DNA of 60,810 nucleotides, taken from the NCBI GenBank assembly GCA_036654655.1, contig JAVVRP010000005.1, forward strand, positions 1 through 60,810. The letters are read 5' to 3'. Position 1 is the stretch's first letter. Each line of letters opens with the position of its first letter. Source of the DNA: Clostridia bacterium (lineage in GTDB: Bacteria; Bacillota; Clostridia; Christensenellales; UBA1242). The position numbers and the translations under genes are program-made. Positions 43,901-51,562 of the stretch are shown piece by piece. The notes under the pieces were generated by a model. It was not told the origin of the DNA and did no database searches. It saw nothing but the letters and a program-made list of their open reading frames with translations.

Positions 43901-45017
43901 CATCAACCCATTCACCCGTTTTTAATGTTTGCACTTCAAACCTTATGCCAACACGTTTTATTTTATCTTGCAAAGGTGTTCCGTCACTTGCCTTGAAATT
44001 AAGGTCTAGATTATTTTCTGCATTTCCAACTTCACCACGTTTTGCATAAAAGGTTAAAAGTTGATTAAGTGTATGAAAATGCTCCCCGCTTACATTTGCC
44101 GTGAAAGTTTGAATTGCTTTTGTTACAAATGTTAAGTTTTTAACCGCCTTTTTGCTATCACCAATTTCTTGTTTGTTTATAACCGCAGTTAGCAAATCTT
44201 CTGGACCAAGATTTTTGCTTGTAAACGATTCTTGAATTTTTGCAGTTTTAAAAACATAAGCATCAATTTGCACAGGAATATTTTCTTCTGTTTGAGCAAG
44301 CGCTACAAAAACATTTGATTGTTCAACACGCTCCACCAAAGAACTTTGCTGTGATTGCGTGCTAAAATATATTGCTTTTTTGTTGGTTATGCCATTAAAA
44401 GCGTTCATTGAGTACATATATTCACTTGCCGATGGCAAAAACTTTACATTTGCCATTATTGAATTTCCAACTGCAAACGTTGTTGATGCTGTTGATCCCT
44501 GAATATTTTCCTTAAATTCTAGTGAAATGCTTTCAACAGGAACATCAACATTAAATGTTGCTTTTATGCTTTCTATTTCTATATTGGCACACGTTGCAAC
44601 AATTTTGCTATGCCCGCCCACCGTCCAAGGCATTGGTTCTTTTAAGGTATCATTAAACACCTTAACAATTTCTATTTTAAAATCTTGACCAATATTTACT
44701 CTTGTTGGAATTATAATATTTCCATCCGAAATCTTGCCATCACCAACATGCTGAAAATTTTGATCTTCAAATGAAATTGTAATTTGAGTTTCTGTAACTT
44801 TGTTTGTTGTTGTAATTATTTTTGCCACAAATGAATTTATATCTCCATCTATGTTATATCCATTGGAAGACACGCTGTAATCATCAACAACAATGGCAAT
44901 GTTTTCTGGAATAACCTTTTTGCCAACCTCACCAACAGCAAAAAGCACACCAACGGTTGCGCCCATCACTCCTATTAAAGATGTTAATACAATTAAAAAT
45001 ATTTTAAAAAATTTCAT
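34986..45017 (-). CDS. Giant (3343 aa) N-terminally anchored beta-rich surface protein, probably tandem Ig-like domains
   Basis: 10-kb ORF; MKFFK plus a hydrophobic helix; Big_2-like segments (DVPVESISL, TSDSKVI..GSGTANI); T/N/I/V-rich; no C-terminal anchor. Confidence 0.85.
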   Translation of the reverse strand: MKFFKIFLIVLTSLIGVMGATVGVLFAVGEVGKKVIPENIAIVVDDYSVSSNGYNIDGDINSFVAKIITTTNKVTETQITISFEDQNFQHVGDGKISDGNIIIPTRVNIGQDFKIEIVKVFNDTLKEPMPWTVGGHSKIVATCANIEIESIKATFNVDVPVESISLEFKENIQGSTASTTFAVGNSIMANVKFLPSASEYMYSMNAFNGITNKKAIYFSTQSQQSSLVERVEQSNVFVALAQTEENIPVQIDAYVFKTAKIQESFTSKNLGPEDLLTAVINKQEIGDSKKAVKNLTFVTKAIQTFTANVSGEHFHTLNQLLTFYAKRGEVGNAENNLDLNFKASDGTPLQDKIKRVGIRFEVQTLKTGEWVDVDMLAQNPIIDLVDKKETVLMNAKTFYLPTTNKLFVENSYWQFSATALGSYKMIIEYMLEKSDAELVVPQHVYNFNVIAPASNPVNWIDNSQVEITIINEINGGENSKQILPEFDLTKTLNGTLNVNIPNANYYKTIRFFVLGTGETVDKPACLCTKVEGMFIVNNSVSTDSKVDGAQNIYEIPLSHILQPTKESSGKTFKIFFATLKTDRNGDIIINSDGSYEFDKSSVDSGNNIEFINIFVGETLKSLSGNVVLAELSTGKFKGIAVTEGKDTLLEKTYLAYKDSRMDTSISQPESQNAFYVSINSNNVEQLKKSVQNGELLLKFVHTSESEILLSPLISSVWDGAESKFKCSISAIPLNYVEKSYEYSIKLIYKPIASHGAMEIVVTTYAETASKTETGNKKLEFIQIYNAFASSNNFGFKVIKESLIPSGKVAGEATPPVDKGEIYNKNSEPIIISTTVSLTDATTAITTHTTNGKSIKFLDDNKCLNIVCQDKFKEPTTYPTYFVETSDSKVIALIDVTNNVAEVIGKTLSFVGSGTANISLCYNNSQGEKITQAQFTFNVKVIPISNVEIIQENLNSTIDGKDFVHVSIYSKSASSPSYDFKKQTISLYGNKGRKINITPSSITIGTETTKIKGLLSWKFKTDEITDEIDASSLITYKLNTDLTSDVIKNSIKDMLKITETTGNITQIEILQHFASRFTINLTASIAGLGLSQDIELNIEPNIMISGGVTTAGDPNAQSFVDANNNLFTGIFDGATLDFSLSITFVKSKDNNLSVAFKSETTGFNSSSNVVAFNKKFGFSPDIKNITTKFGQMQEFNLCVASLKDNNYTIIDSPYSWNKVFRFYINSNAKGKIESTSVFYLNQPNNTNFASDFASDNNLNITKINSNISENIIDQSKITVLGQLIYTGDTISKFVNLTTADVVGNTLTATDGKVTPTAPIKAPTMYKVVLCYNGYMLKNADSSKTVEINDGISRMVYSYFDVVLCPNIIPNEDHHSHFVVYNGKQYLFLSSGDIISGGEINIPSYFTSFASGELSATYSIPAEFYDGTKINQLSGIVTGKDCFVTLTCKMGKGASEKVASRDFPILLCPIKYNFFSVKSDVINEKTNAIGLEQETESGLKDFEFTNIDGKLNLSNMLNKNFWTNNKIAKNIQYNAQGTNSIDLKNIFSKQVLSSFATFTIEAEDSLSAVDFAAVQSKIIEEKQVGKINFSDVPINKACFVVATIFGLKIIVRLNVLADVSIVPAYPYIKELTPDQSQNDGDVLNITKWPFETILMSEGILTKEINFNEAQSNLVPNKSVNGKRYKIVSIKSKAEISNGNKVNFEIDSVFLQENGVFKLIEKQNNSTYASFGTGVNSGILSVKFHEIMIRVKISLAEGSRATCYYNVFSTKNLDNFILTNERIENPVIYLNVNGPESLINNGRLENGTTLTKEFTLLQQEGVSQNVATSSLKFCLSMQNQNAQHLVKYLSVATEQTVDGTISVLQVVQNGICKLEITNKSKLPFDLQSTLVAYAPNGTSWQFPIVIGKSLTNPVVTKKTINANGIYENCITPPADATITKISLNQSLTNNCTQSGYVYEFNNNFLTLTKTYNQASKSIIKILKDGSVYCTSVLKDETDLTFVLKISILINNVNYEYNYELIVMADIGVVSGHESQDSVTIDLPPLEGGCTRTININQIFNEFHTTHTFVAEVVTGLNIASCSSLVIKAKNTQIGGTVIVKISVNSTVVFGDKITNTFKLYGYYQVQITPNIVVGINYPTATSNPGVSGEHQVAESVVSGCVINLSKANEMLSNVITGTEKLARVVVEKGGVATVKIKSSSDVDVKVNNASATSFDLISDVTLELKNTKTAGSIIFAIHIGEDEVATYVVNVYTSSASIFKVTLNNASGQQNGSSMPEKIDVALSSIFANPELSSKYFLGIESTGEEIKDKYQTANGDAVVDATGKPVLGGLSITYNEYRIDKSKLFKNIFVTTDDSIKTNEVTSLNQIWEKIYKIKFKNLPEINNLISNYYVEYYFNAKINVSTVEMVASKESRDLNEVYGITLAGKTHQQIVDATPAVNNMYTGSYSISVETALAQYDIVNNIYYKNSTNDYKYMQFYGKKEDGITLNPFAPESLNKCLLIASPQQSNSRFYKLIAQGAPGGTNLNSGVYVTYGITIKCGEFSYKQILSATIKHDYSVEIKNYESNGTFNINSIQNPYLIDSYTASDSTAHNFILGTSSPVQTVGKYSNVLITRTQGAQGNINYLSAKVLDKPIFEIVYNGPKGFEPIENLNSQGTRILTFKKPSYGTKNIVLVIEDEFGFNFKYYIRLNVEKGGTFPKIENQVQLLNVYEGDKIIFKPSTEAINPEIDDVVLNIVETNGGKIPDNGVEIECSNAKFKWSHEIDEITKSILTIKLNYLPREAPISADLIVKITLEKGGEQTTLVQNIKVNQRYYFQTKGDELKNIYVRDDVPFNIIDYVSVFDAKQEFTIGERSLSSGKSICFNPSNLKGFENYFKETDGFKFTKIGDDGFFDDAQRVPYKDFMKSKSATPNYFIPQYYLKDGFINIKKNIDNVATETLTIQLHYKDTTIKFAEGTANIIYEDEFLAKNLGVIKGLRIETFDANGTNVGIVNCKTATESGITISGTTITIPTNLSGAQKGTNMKIYVYLNAPVTIVDDQILTINTRDDGKTANDIVQTCFTSETNGTIENYNIPVKLDAYERKHISALANGIDKQVTIKNGLYKNGEKSRFYYNGLRSDSSSVGESDAELTKFGNKTDLETLKGISAALFETQDTSCLFFQKKLDSDFETNVNTQTTKTPSGKNIMYQPMDQNFIVSFLTDKTNPIDKTNIKVAQQINLNMRVTTKANWVDVSRAYNGGVCEIELPIDKIITLANWGKYFYLKDAYDNDIYENNNYQTLATYSTALIEFKIKAGKGTINSNGNLTTNADFILGTEYLEIDVFIKYGTSAKSLLIGTVNVKPIASP

Positions 45018-45263
45018 TTGTTCCGCCTTTTATTAAATTTAAATTAGCGTGACTGTTTGTTTATTTTTTGGTTGTTTACTTTAAGTTTGTTTATTTTAAT
45101 AATGGTCATTTATATATCATGCACATAAATTTAACATTGATGTATTTTATCTCATTTATTATATATAATAACTCAAATTAAAGTCAATCAATTCAAGGGT
45201 GTAAGTCAAATATTTCCAAATTTCATTATTTTATTACAATTAATTAAAATTATTACTAAATAA

Positions 45264-45292
45264 TTGACAATTAAACACAATTATGGGATAAT
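45264..45292 (+). promoter_or_regulatory. sigma-A promoter of the repeat-rich hairpin protein
   Basis: TTGACA-N17-GATAAT with TGn, 19 nt before the ATG, which follows a GGAGG RBS. Confidence 0.7.
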
Positions 45293-45311
45293 ATTAAAAA
45301 CGGAGGATGAC

Positions 45312-47258
45312 ATGGCAAAAATAACATCAACCTTAAATCTTTTACCAAAAAAAATATTTGGCGAATTTGCAACAAAAAACATGCTGGAAGATGCAGAACA
45401 AATGTTAAATGATGCAGAACAAAAACAAAAAAATGCAAAACAAATGTTAAATGATGCGCAAACTGCCATTGATTCATCAAAAGAACAAATGCTAACAAAT
45501 GCAGAACAAATGTTAAAAGATGCAGAACAAATGCGAATAAATGCGAACCAAATGAAACAAAATTTAAAAGAAGCACAAATAGAAGCAGAGGACGCCACTC
45601 ATCAGTTACAAGAATTAACAATTATTAAAAAAATATTAAAAAATAAGGAGTGCAACGTTAACGTTTTAAACAGAGATGCTGAATTTGTAAAACAAGTTGC
45701 AAAAAAATATGATTTGGAAATGTCGTTTCACGCAATTTCTAATGCATCTTCCGCCGACACAAATTTTGAACAAACGCCTCCACTTACACAAAATATAACT
45801 CTTAAAGCATCTGCTGATTTTAAATTAAATGAAGAACAAAAAAACAATCTTTCAAAAAAAGTTGATTCTTACGAAGCGGGTGGAAGTTTTGTTTCATCAT
45901 TTGACGATGACAATCAACTAATATTAATTGAACTAAAACAACATGAAACAATTTTATTTAATCAACAAAAAATAAGAATTATGCAAAAACTTTTACAAAT
46001 AGGCAATCATAACGCACAAGATAACACAATTATTATGGATGATAACAGCCTTTATAAAAATCTTGCAAAAAACCTTGCAAAAAAATATAAATTTAATATA
46101 TCAATAGAAAATAGCAATGGCATTGCCACAGTTAACTTTTCAAAAACAAACAACACAAATATTTATTTAACCTCATTGGATAAACAAGAATTAACAACTG
46201 GAACAATTGATCATCAAAAAGCATTATTACCTTGGAAAAAAAATTATAGCAACAAAATTAATTTCCACTCTTTTATAAATAACAATGGAAATCTTATAAT
46301 TGCAGAAGATTTAAATACCAATAAAATTGTTTCTGGCAATGAACCTGTAAGAAAAAGCAGGCCAACTAACGAAGCCACAAAAGAAAGCGAATCAAAGGAA
46401 AGCAAGCAAAAAAACGAAGCCACAAAAGAAAGCGAATCAAAGGAAAGCAAGCAAAAAAACGAAGCCACAAAAGAAAGCGAATCAAAGGAAAGCAAGCAAA
46501 AAAACGAGGCCACAAAAGAAAGCGAATCAAAGGAAAATAAGCCAAAAGACGAGAAAAAAGGTTTGTCAATTTTTGAAAGTATTGCAATTCTTTTAAGCAT
46601 TATTATGTTTGCTGGTGCCATTTTGTTTGGTTCACCTGTATTTTTGGCAATTGCCTTTGCTGGCGCCATTGGAACATGCGTTGCAAAAACAATGAATTTT
46701 GGAAGTCTTTCTGGCATTCCTTCAAAAATAAAAAAAGTTGATAAAACAAAAAAGAAAAAAGAAAAAAATGTTGAGTTAGAAAATGGCAAAAAAGAATATC
46801 ATTCTGCAAAAAAAGAATTTTTTAAGGACAGCGCTTTTGAATTTTTAACCAAAAAAGAAAAAAAGGAATTGGTTAAATATATGGAAAACGGAGATACTGT
46901 TGACTCAGCGTTTGAAAAACTTAATATTGAATTGAATGATACAAACGGCACTTTAAAATCTAAAATGGAAGGACTGCAAAAAAAATATAAAAATTGTAAA
47001 ATATCAAGCAAAAAACAAGATGAAATAAAATATGATGCATTAAATAACGAAAATCAAGATGAAATAAAATATGAAATAAAATATGATGTATTAAATAACA
47101 AAAAACAAAATGAAATAAAATATGATGTATTAAATAACAAAGAACAAAATGAAATAAAATTTGTTGTATTAAATAACGAAAGCAAAAAACAAGATGAAAT
47201 AAAAAAGCGTAATGCAAATTTGAACAATAAACAAGATGAAAATTCTTTTATGTTTTAA
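45312..47258 (+). CDS. Repeat-rich hypothetical protein with an internal hydrophobic hairpin (648 aa)
   Basis: GGAGG RBS and ATG at 45312; heptad repeats, a duplicated domain, a 15-aa repeat, a bilobed hydrophobic segment, IKYDxL repeats; no signal peptide. Confidence 0.85.
   Translation: MAKITSTLNLLPKKIFGEFATKNMLEDAEQMLNDAEQKQKNAKQMLNDAQTAIDSSKEQMLTNAEQMLKDAEQMRINANQMKQNLKEAQIEAEDATHQLQELTIIKKILKNKECNVNVLNRDAEFVKQVAKKYDLEMSFHAISNASSADTNFEQTPPLTQNITLKASADFKLNEEQKNNLSKKVDSYEAGGSFVSSFDDDNQLILIELKQHETILFNQQKIRIMQKLLQIGNHNAQDNTIIMDDNSLYKNLAKNLAKKYKFNISIENSNGIATVNFSKTNNTNIYLTSLDKQELTTGTIDHQKALLPWKKNYSNKINFHSFINNNGNLIIAEDLNTNKIVSGNEPVRKSRPTNEATKESESKESKQKNEATKESESKESKQKNEATKESESKESKQKNEATKESESKENKPKDEKKGLSIFESIAILLSIIMFAGAILFGSPVFLAIAFAGAIGTCVAKTMNFGSLSGIPSKIKKVDKTKKKKEKNVELENGKKEYHSAKKEFFKDSAFEFLTKKEKKELVKYMENGDTVDSAFEKLNIELNDTNGTLKSKMEGLQKKYKNCKISSKKQDEIKYDALNNENQDEIKYEIKYDVLNNKKQNEIKYDVLNNKEQNEIKFVVLNNESKKQDEIKKRNANLNNKQDENSFMF
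45381..45560 (+). repeat. Imperfect 21-bp coding repeats (ML[E/N/T/K][D/N]AEQ heptads)
   Basis: atgttaaatgatgcagaacaa-like units, about 8 copies. Confidence 0.8.
46368..46536 (+). repeat. 45-bp tandem coding repeat x3.75 (NEATKESESKESKQK)
   Basis: Units start at 46368, 46413, 46458, 46503; near-identical. Confidence 0.95.
47010..47205 (+). repeat. Imperfect ~39-bp coding repeat (Q[D/N]EIKYD[A/V]LNN)
   Basis: caa(g/a)atgaaataaaatatgatg(c/t)attaaataac recurs 4-5 times. Confidence 0.85.
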
Positions 47259-47278
47259 TGCTAATTTTTGTAAAAGAT

Positions 47279-47307
47279 TTGCCAACAAATTTAAAATAAT
47301 GTATACT
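47279..47307 (+). promoter_or_regulatory. Candidate sigma-A promoter upstream of the TM2 gene
   Basis: TTGCCA-N17-TATACT. Confidence 0.5.
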
Positions 47308-47445
47308 TTAAAAGTGGTTAAAATGTTAAACCAAAATATCAAATTTTTATTATTTTAATTTTAATTTTGTATTGGTTATAAAAACAGACTTTTAATGACA
47401 AGTATTTTAAAGTTTGTTGTGTATAATAACTTAAAAGGAGAGAAT

Positions 47446-47679
47446 ATGAGTAACATAAAAACAAATTCAACAAATTGGAACAGAGGCGGAAAAAGATTTT
47501 TGCTTGCATTAATTTGTTTCTTTTTTGGATGGCTTGGAATTGACAAATTAATTCTTGGCTCACCAAAATTATTTATTGTTAAATTGCTTTTAAACCTTGT
47601 TATTATTGGTGAAATTTGGAACATTTATGACATTATTTGCGCACTTTTGGGCAAATACAAACTTAACCCACTTAACTAA
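47446..47679 (+). CDS. Small TM2 (NINE) domain membrane protein
   Basis: LALICFFFGWLGIDKLILG...IW.IYDII TM2 pattern; AAGGAG RBS; start moved to MSNIK. Confidence 0.85.
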   Translation: MSNIKTNSTNWNRGGKRFLLALICFFFGWLGIDKLILGSPKLFIVKLLLNLVIIGEIWNIYDIICALLGKYKLNPLN

Positions 47680-47700
47680 TTATATTTAACAAAATTTACA

Positions 47701-47740
47701 AAAAAAATAAACAATATAATTTTAATTGTTTATTTTTTTT
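47701..47740. terminator. Bidirectional terminator between the TM2 gene and tilS
   Basis: AAAAAAATAAACAAT-loop-ATTGTTTATTTTTTT. Confidence 0.75.
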
Positions 47741-47746
47741 GCATTT

Positions 47747-49078
47747 TTATGAATTTAAAGAATAATTTATTGCAAACGCCGTGGTTGTTTCTTGATCCAA
47801 ACAAACTGAATTTGCTATTTCAACGCCTGCAATTGCAAAAATTTGATTTCCAAGTGCAAGAACAGGCAAAATACCTCGAATTCTACTTGGAATTTTTTTA
47901 TCAACAAAATAACTTTTTAGTTTTTTTGTTCCGCCACCAAACTTTTCAAAAACATCTCCGTTTTGTCTAAAACGCCATCTTGCACCTTCTGGAACTTTTT
48001 TCCAATCCAAAAACAAAGTTTTTGGTGCACTAAAATTTTTTGTGCGATGGACAGAAAGAACACCCTTATCCAAAATTAAAAAATTGCCACATTTAAAAGG
48101 TAAATCAATTTGATTTTCTACAATGCTATCGTTTGTTAATGTAACATATTCATATTCTTTATGCACAATAACATTGTTTGGAAGTGATAATTTTTTTCCG
48201 TTTTCTAGTTTTGCAATTTCTCTTATCTGCTCTATGTGCTTGCGTGTAACATCACGCTCACCTTTAATTTTTTTAAGAGCCTGAAAAATCATTCTTGTTG
48301 TAAGTGCAGTTGGATATAAAAAATATGTGACAGGAATCATAACTGTTTTACCCCTAAGCAAGCACGCATCATGTGGCACTTGTGCAGAAATAAAAGCCTC
48401 ATCATCGCCACAAGTTTTAGAAAAGTTGTACAAAGCATTAACACATCCCGGAAACCTTTGATTTAATTGTGGCAAAATTACATTTCTTAAAAAATTACGA
48501 GAAAACTCATTTTCCAGATTTGACTGGTCCATAACATAAGGAATATCGTTTTGCAAAAGATAAAGTTCTATTTCATCTTTGGACACATCCAAAATCGGGC
48601 GAACATATTTTCCATCGCGAACTGGCTTCATTCCACTTGCACCGCTAAGCCCCGCTCCACGCAAAAGATGCAATAAAACCGTTTCTGCTTGGTCTTGTTG
48701 ATGATGTGCAAGTGCAATTTTTGTTACAATCCCCTTTTCAAAAAGTTGCTCAAAAACACCATATCTTGCATCCCTTGCCGCTTCTTCCAAAGACAGGCAT
48801 TTTTCTTTTTGTAATTTTTTTACATCAACTCTAAACTTGTATGCTCTTATGCGTTTCTCTTTGCAAAAATCCATTACAAATTGAGCATCTTCACTGCTGT
48901 TGTCGCGAATTGAGTGGTCCACGTGAACACAAATTACCTCAATGCCAAACTCATTTGAAAGTTCCCTTAATTTGCATAAAAGTGCCATTGAATCGGGCCC
49001 ACCACTTGTTGCAACACCAACAATGTCCCCTTCTTCAAACATATTATTTGACAAAATAAATTGTTTAACATTTTCCAT
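47747..49078 (-). CDS. tilS: tRNA(Ile)-lysidine synthetase
   Basis: SGGPDSM PP-loop, EEAARDARY, AHHQQDQAET, RPIL, SRNFLR, KKLKSYFVDKKIP. Confidence 0.98.
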   Translation of the reverse strand: MENVKQFILSNNMFEEGDIVGVATSGGPDSMALLCKLRELSNEFGIEVICVHVDHSIRDNSSEDAQFVMDFCKEKRIRAYKFRVDVKKLQKEKCLSLEEAARDARYGVFEQLFEKGIVTKIALAHHQQDQAETVLLHLLRGAGLSGASGMKPVRDGKYVRPILDVSKDEIELYLLQNDIPYVMDQSNLENEFSRNFLRNVILPQLNQRFPGCVNALYNFSKTCGDDEAFISAQVPHDACLLRGKTVMIPVTYFLYPTALTTRMIFQALKKIKGERDVTRKHIEQIREIAKLENGKKLSLPNNVIVHKEYEYVTLTNDSIVENQIDLPFKCGNFLILDKGVLSVHRTKNFSAPKTLFLDWKKVPEGARWRFRQNGDVFEKFGGGTKKLKSYFVDKKIPSRIRGILPVLALGNQIFAIAGVEIANSVCLDQETTTAFAINYSLNS

Positions 49079-49097
49079 CTTTCCAACCTTTTTTTAC

Positions 49098-49126
49098 ATT
49101 ATACCTTAGTTCCATTTTTTTTTCAA
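49098..49126 (-). promoter_or_regulatory. sigma-A promoter of tilS
   Basis: TTGAAA-N17-TATAAT. Confidence 0.7.
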
Positions 49127-49256
49127 GTGCCAATTCTCTTACTTTTCCGTTATTTTCTCATTTTTAAACAAAATTTTGTTTATGCACGGGCTATATTGTG
49201 TATTATTATAAGTTTATAAAATATTTTACAAAATTTATTATAAAATTGGAGATTTT

Positions 49257-51548
49257 ATGAAAAGTTTAAATTGGCCGTCTAAGGCATGTACATTTGGAAA
49301 ATACATTCTGTTTTTTTTGTGTTTTTTCACTCTTGAAAAAGCACAAATTTATGTTATTGGAGGCTTTGGATTTGCACTGTTGTTTGCCCTGTGCTGGTGC
49401 AATCAAAACCCGTTTTTGCTATGCTTAATGTATGTTCCTGCAAGTATTTTGGCTAATTTTAATTTACTTGGCGCTGGGCTTGCGTTTGCTCCATGTTTGA
49501 TTATGCTTTTAACCTATGCAATTCATTTAAAAATAAAAAAGCCTATGAAACCTATTCTTGTTGCATTATATGGATTTTTATCTCAAATTCCATTTTTAAC
49601 GCTTAAAATTTTGGGTGGATTCCCCATTGTTTCAACATGTCTTACTGTTTTGTTTGGCGTGACTTTACTTTTGGTTTGCATAAAATTTTTGGAACCAATT
49701 TTTGTTCGCGGTCTTTCTCAGCCACTTACACCACTTGAATTATTTTGTGGCTGTTCCATATTGGCAATTTGTTTTTCTGGGCTAACTTCAATAGTTTTGT
49801 TTGGATTTGAGTTTGTTAAAGTTGTTGCTGTTTTTGTAATTTTGTCTGCTTTGTTTTCTGCAAACAAGTCCTCCGCAATTTTAATTGCGGGAGTTTGCGG
49901 AATTGGAACCATGCTCCCTCTTGGCAACCCAGTTTATATTGCACCATTTATAATTTGGGGATTTGTTGCCTGCGCATTTAAACAAAAATTAAGGTTTATT
50001 CCTTGCATTGCAATTATTGCAACGGATGCATGTTTAGGCTTTGCGGTTAATGCATATTATTTTTATTCTTACGTTTCACTCTTGCCCCTACTTGTTGGTT
50101 GCGGAATATTTTTATTTATTCCGCAAAAATACATAGACGAATTTAATTGCTTTTTTAAAAATGACAACAGGGCTTTACGTAGTGTTGTAAATCGTTCAAG
50201 AGAAACTTTGTGCAACCGCTTAACCCAACTTGGCGATGCCTTTGGAGAGATGGACACGGTGTTTAGAAGCATGATTAAAGGCGGTTTATCGGAAGAAGAA
50301 GCCAACAAACTGCTACTTTGCGAAATTAAGGACAAAGTATGTGGTAACTGTGCAGAATTTCACCGTTGCCATCGCACTTTTGCCGAAGAAACTGAAAATG
50401 TGTTTTGCGAAATAATATCTTCGTGCTTTCAAAGAGGAAAGGCAACTCTTTTGGATATTTCCCCATATTTAACTGCAAGATGCACAAGACTTAATCAACT
50501 TGTTTCCACAATTAATAATTTGAGTGGGCAATTTAAGGAGTACGCAGGTGCAATGAACAGCATTGACGCAAGCAGGGTTCTTATTGCCGAACAATTATGT
50601 GGAATTTCTAAAATTATGAAAAATTTGGCTGGCGAAGTGCGAAGAAATGTTACATTTGACACAAACCGCGAAAAAAAAATTATGGACGAACTTGCTTTTC
50701 ATAACATTGTTTGCAGTGATGCAGTGCTGTATGAAGAAAACACAAACATTGTTTCTGCAACCATTGTTGTAAGAGATGCGGACAGTTTAAAAACACGCAT
50801 ACCCACTGTTGTAAGCAAAATTTGTGGTTTAAAAATGGATATAATTGAAGAATCTCCATGTGAAAGAGCAGGTTGGAAAGTTTTAAGTTTGCGAAACGCA
50901 AGAATTTATGATATTGCTTTTGGAACTGCATCGGCAAGAAAGGCAACAAGTAAAATTAGTGGGGATTGCTATTCTTTAATCAGGATTGCCGGAGATAAGT
51001 TTTTGCTGGCGCTGTGTGACGGCATGGGAAGTGGTGATAAGGCTGAAAAATCTAGCCAGTTAGCAATATCTCTTGTTGAAAATTTTCATAAAGCAGGTTT
51101 TGATAGTGAAATTATTTTATCTTCAATAAACAAACTTTTGTCACTTGGAAAAGAAGAAATTTTTTCGGCTTTGGATTTGTGCGTTTTAGATTTACGAAAA
51201 GGCGTTGGTGACTTTATTAAACTTGGATCTCCGCCATCATTTATAAAACATGAAGAAACAACAATAATTGTTGAAAGTGGAGCCTTGCCTCTTGGAATTT
51301 TGCAAGAAGCAAAGCCTTGCTGTAAAAAAATTGTGCTTTGCGCAAATGATCAAATTGTGCTTTGCACTGATGGAATTTCGGATACTTTTGACAGTGAAGA
51401 AACTTTTGTTGAGTTTGTGAATTCAATAAGAACACTAAACCCTCAGACCCTTGCAGAAAAAATTTTAGAGCGTGCAATTGACGCATCGGCACCAAATGGA
51501 CCTTGTGACGACATGACTGTTTTGGTTGGAAGAATATTTATTAAATAA
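49257..51548 (+). CDS. spoIIE: Stage II sporulation protein E (PP2C phosphatase)
   Basis: About 10 N-terminal TMs, CxxCxxxxxC central motif, ISGD, LCDGMGSG, CTDG, DDMTV PP2C motifs. Confidence 0.93.
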   Translation: MKSLNWPSKACTFGKYILFFLCFFTLEKAQIYVIGGFGFALLFALCWCNQNPFLLCLMYVPASILANFNLLGAGLAFAPCLIMLLTYAIHLKIKKPMKPILVALYGFLSQIPFLTLKILGGFPIVSTCLTVLFGVTLLLVCIKFLEPIFVRGLSQPLTPLELFCGCSILAICFSGLTSIVLFGFEFVKVVAVFVILSALFSANKSSAILIAGVCGIGTMLPLGNPVYIAPFIIWGFVACAFKQKLRFIPCIAIIATDACLGFAVNAYYFYSYVSLLPLLVGCGIFLFIPQKYIDEFNCFFKNDNRALRSVVNRSRETLCNRLTQLGDAFGEMDTVFRSMIKGGLSEEEANKLLLCEIKDKVCGNCAEFHRCHRTFAEETENVFCEIISSCFQRGKATLLDISPYLTARCTRLNQLVSTINNLSGQFKEYAGAMNSIDASRVLIAEQLCGISKIMKNLAGEVRRNVTFDTNREKKIMDELAFHNIVCSDAVLYEENTNIVSATIVVRDADSLKTRIPTVVSKICGLKMDIIEESPCERAGWKVLSLRNARIYDIAFGTASARKATSKISGDCYSLIRIAGDKFLLALCDGMGSGDKAEKSSQLAISLVENFHKAGFDSEIILSSINKLLSLGKEEIFSALDLCVLDLRKGVGDFIKLGSPPSFIKHEETTIIVESGALPLGILQEAKPCCKKIVLCANDQIVLCTDGISDTFDSEETFVEFVNSIRTLNPQTLAEKILERAIDASAPNGPCDDMTVLVGRIFIK

Positions 51549-51562
51549 TTTTTGTTGCACTT

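Noticed and set aside
46368-46536. Possible CRISPR array
   Set aside because: Units are contiguous with no unique spacers, in frame in a CDS, and there are no cas genes.
45271-47217. Several antisense ORFs with repeated hydrophobic text (e.g. 46244-46789)
   Set aside because: Mirror images of the A-rich tandem repeats of the + strand gene; no RBS or promoter support.
49140-49250. Spo0A boxes upstream of spoIIE
   Set aside because: Only degenerate TT(T/A)ACAA-type matches in AT-rich DNA, which cannot be distinguished from chance.
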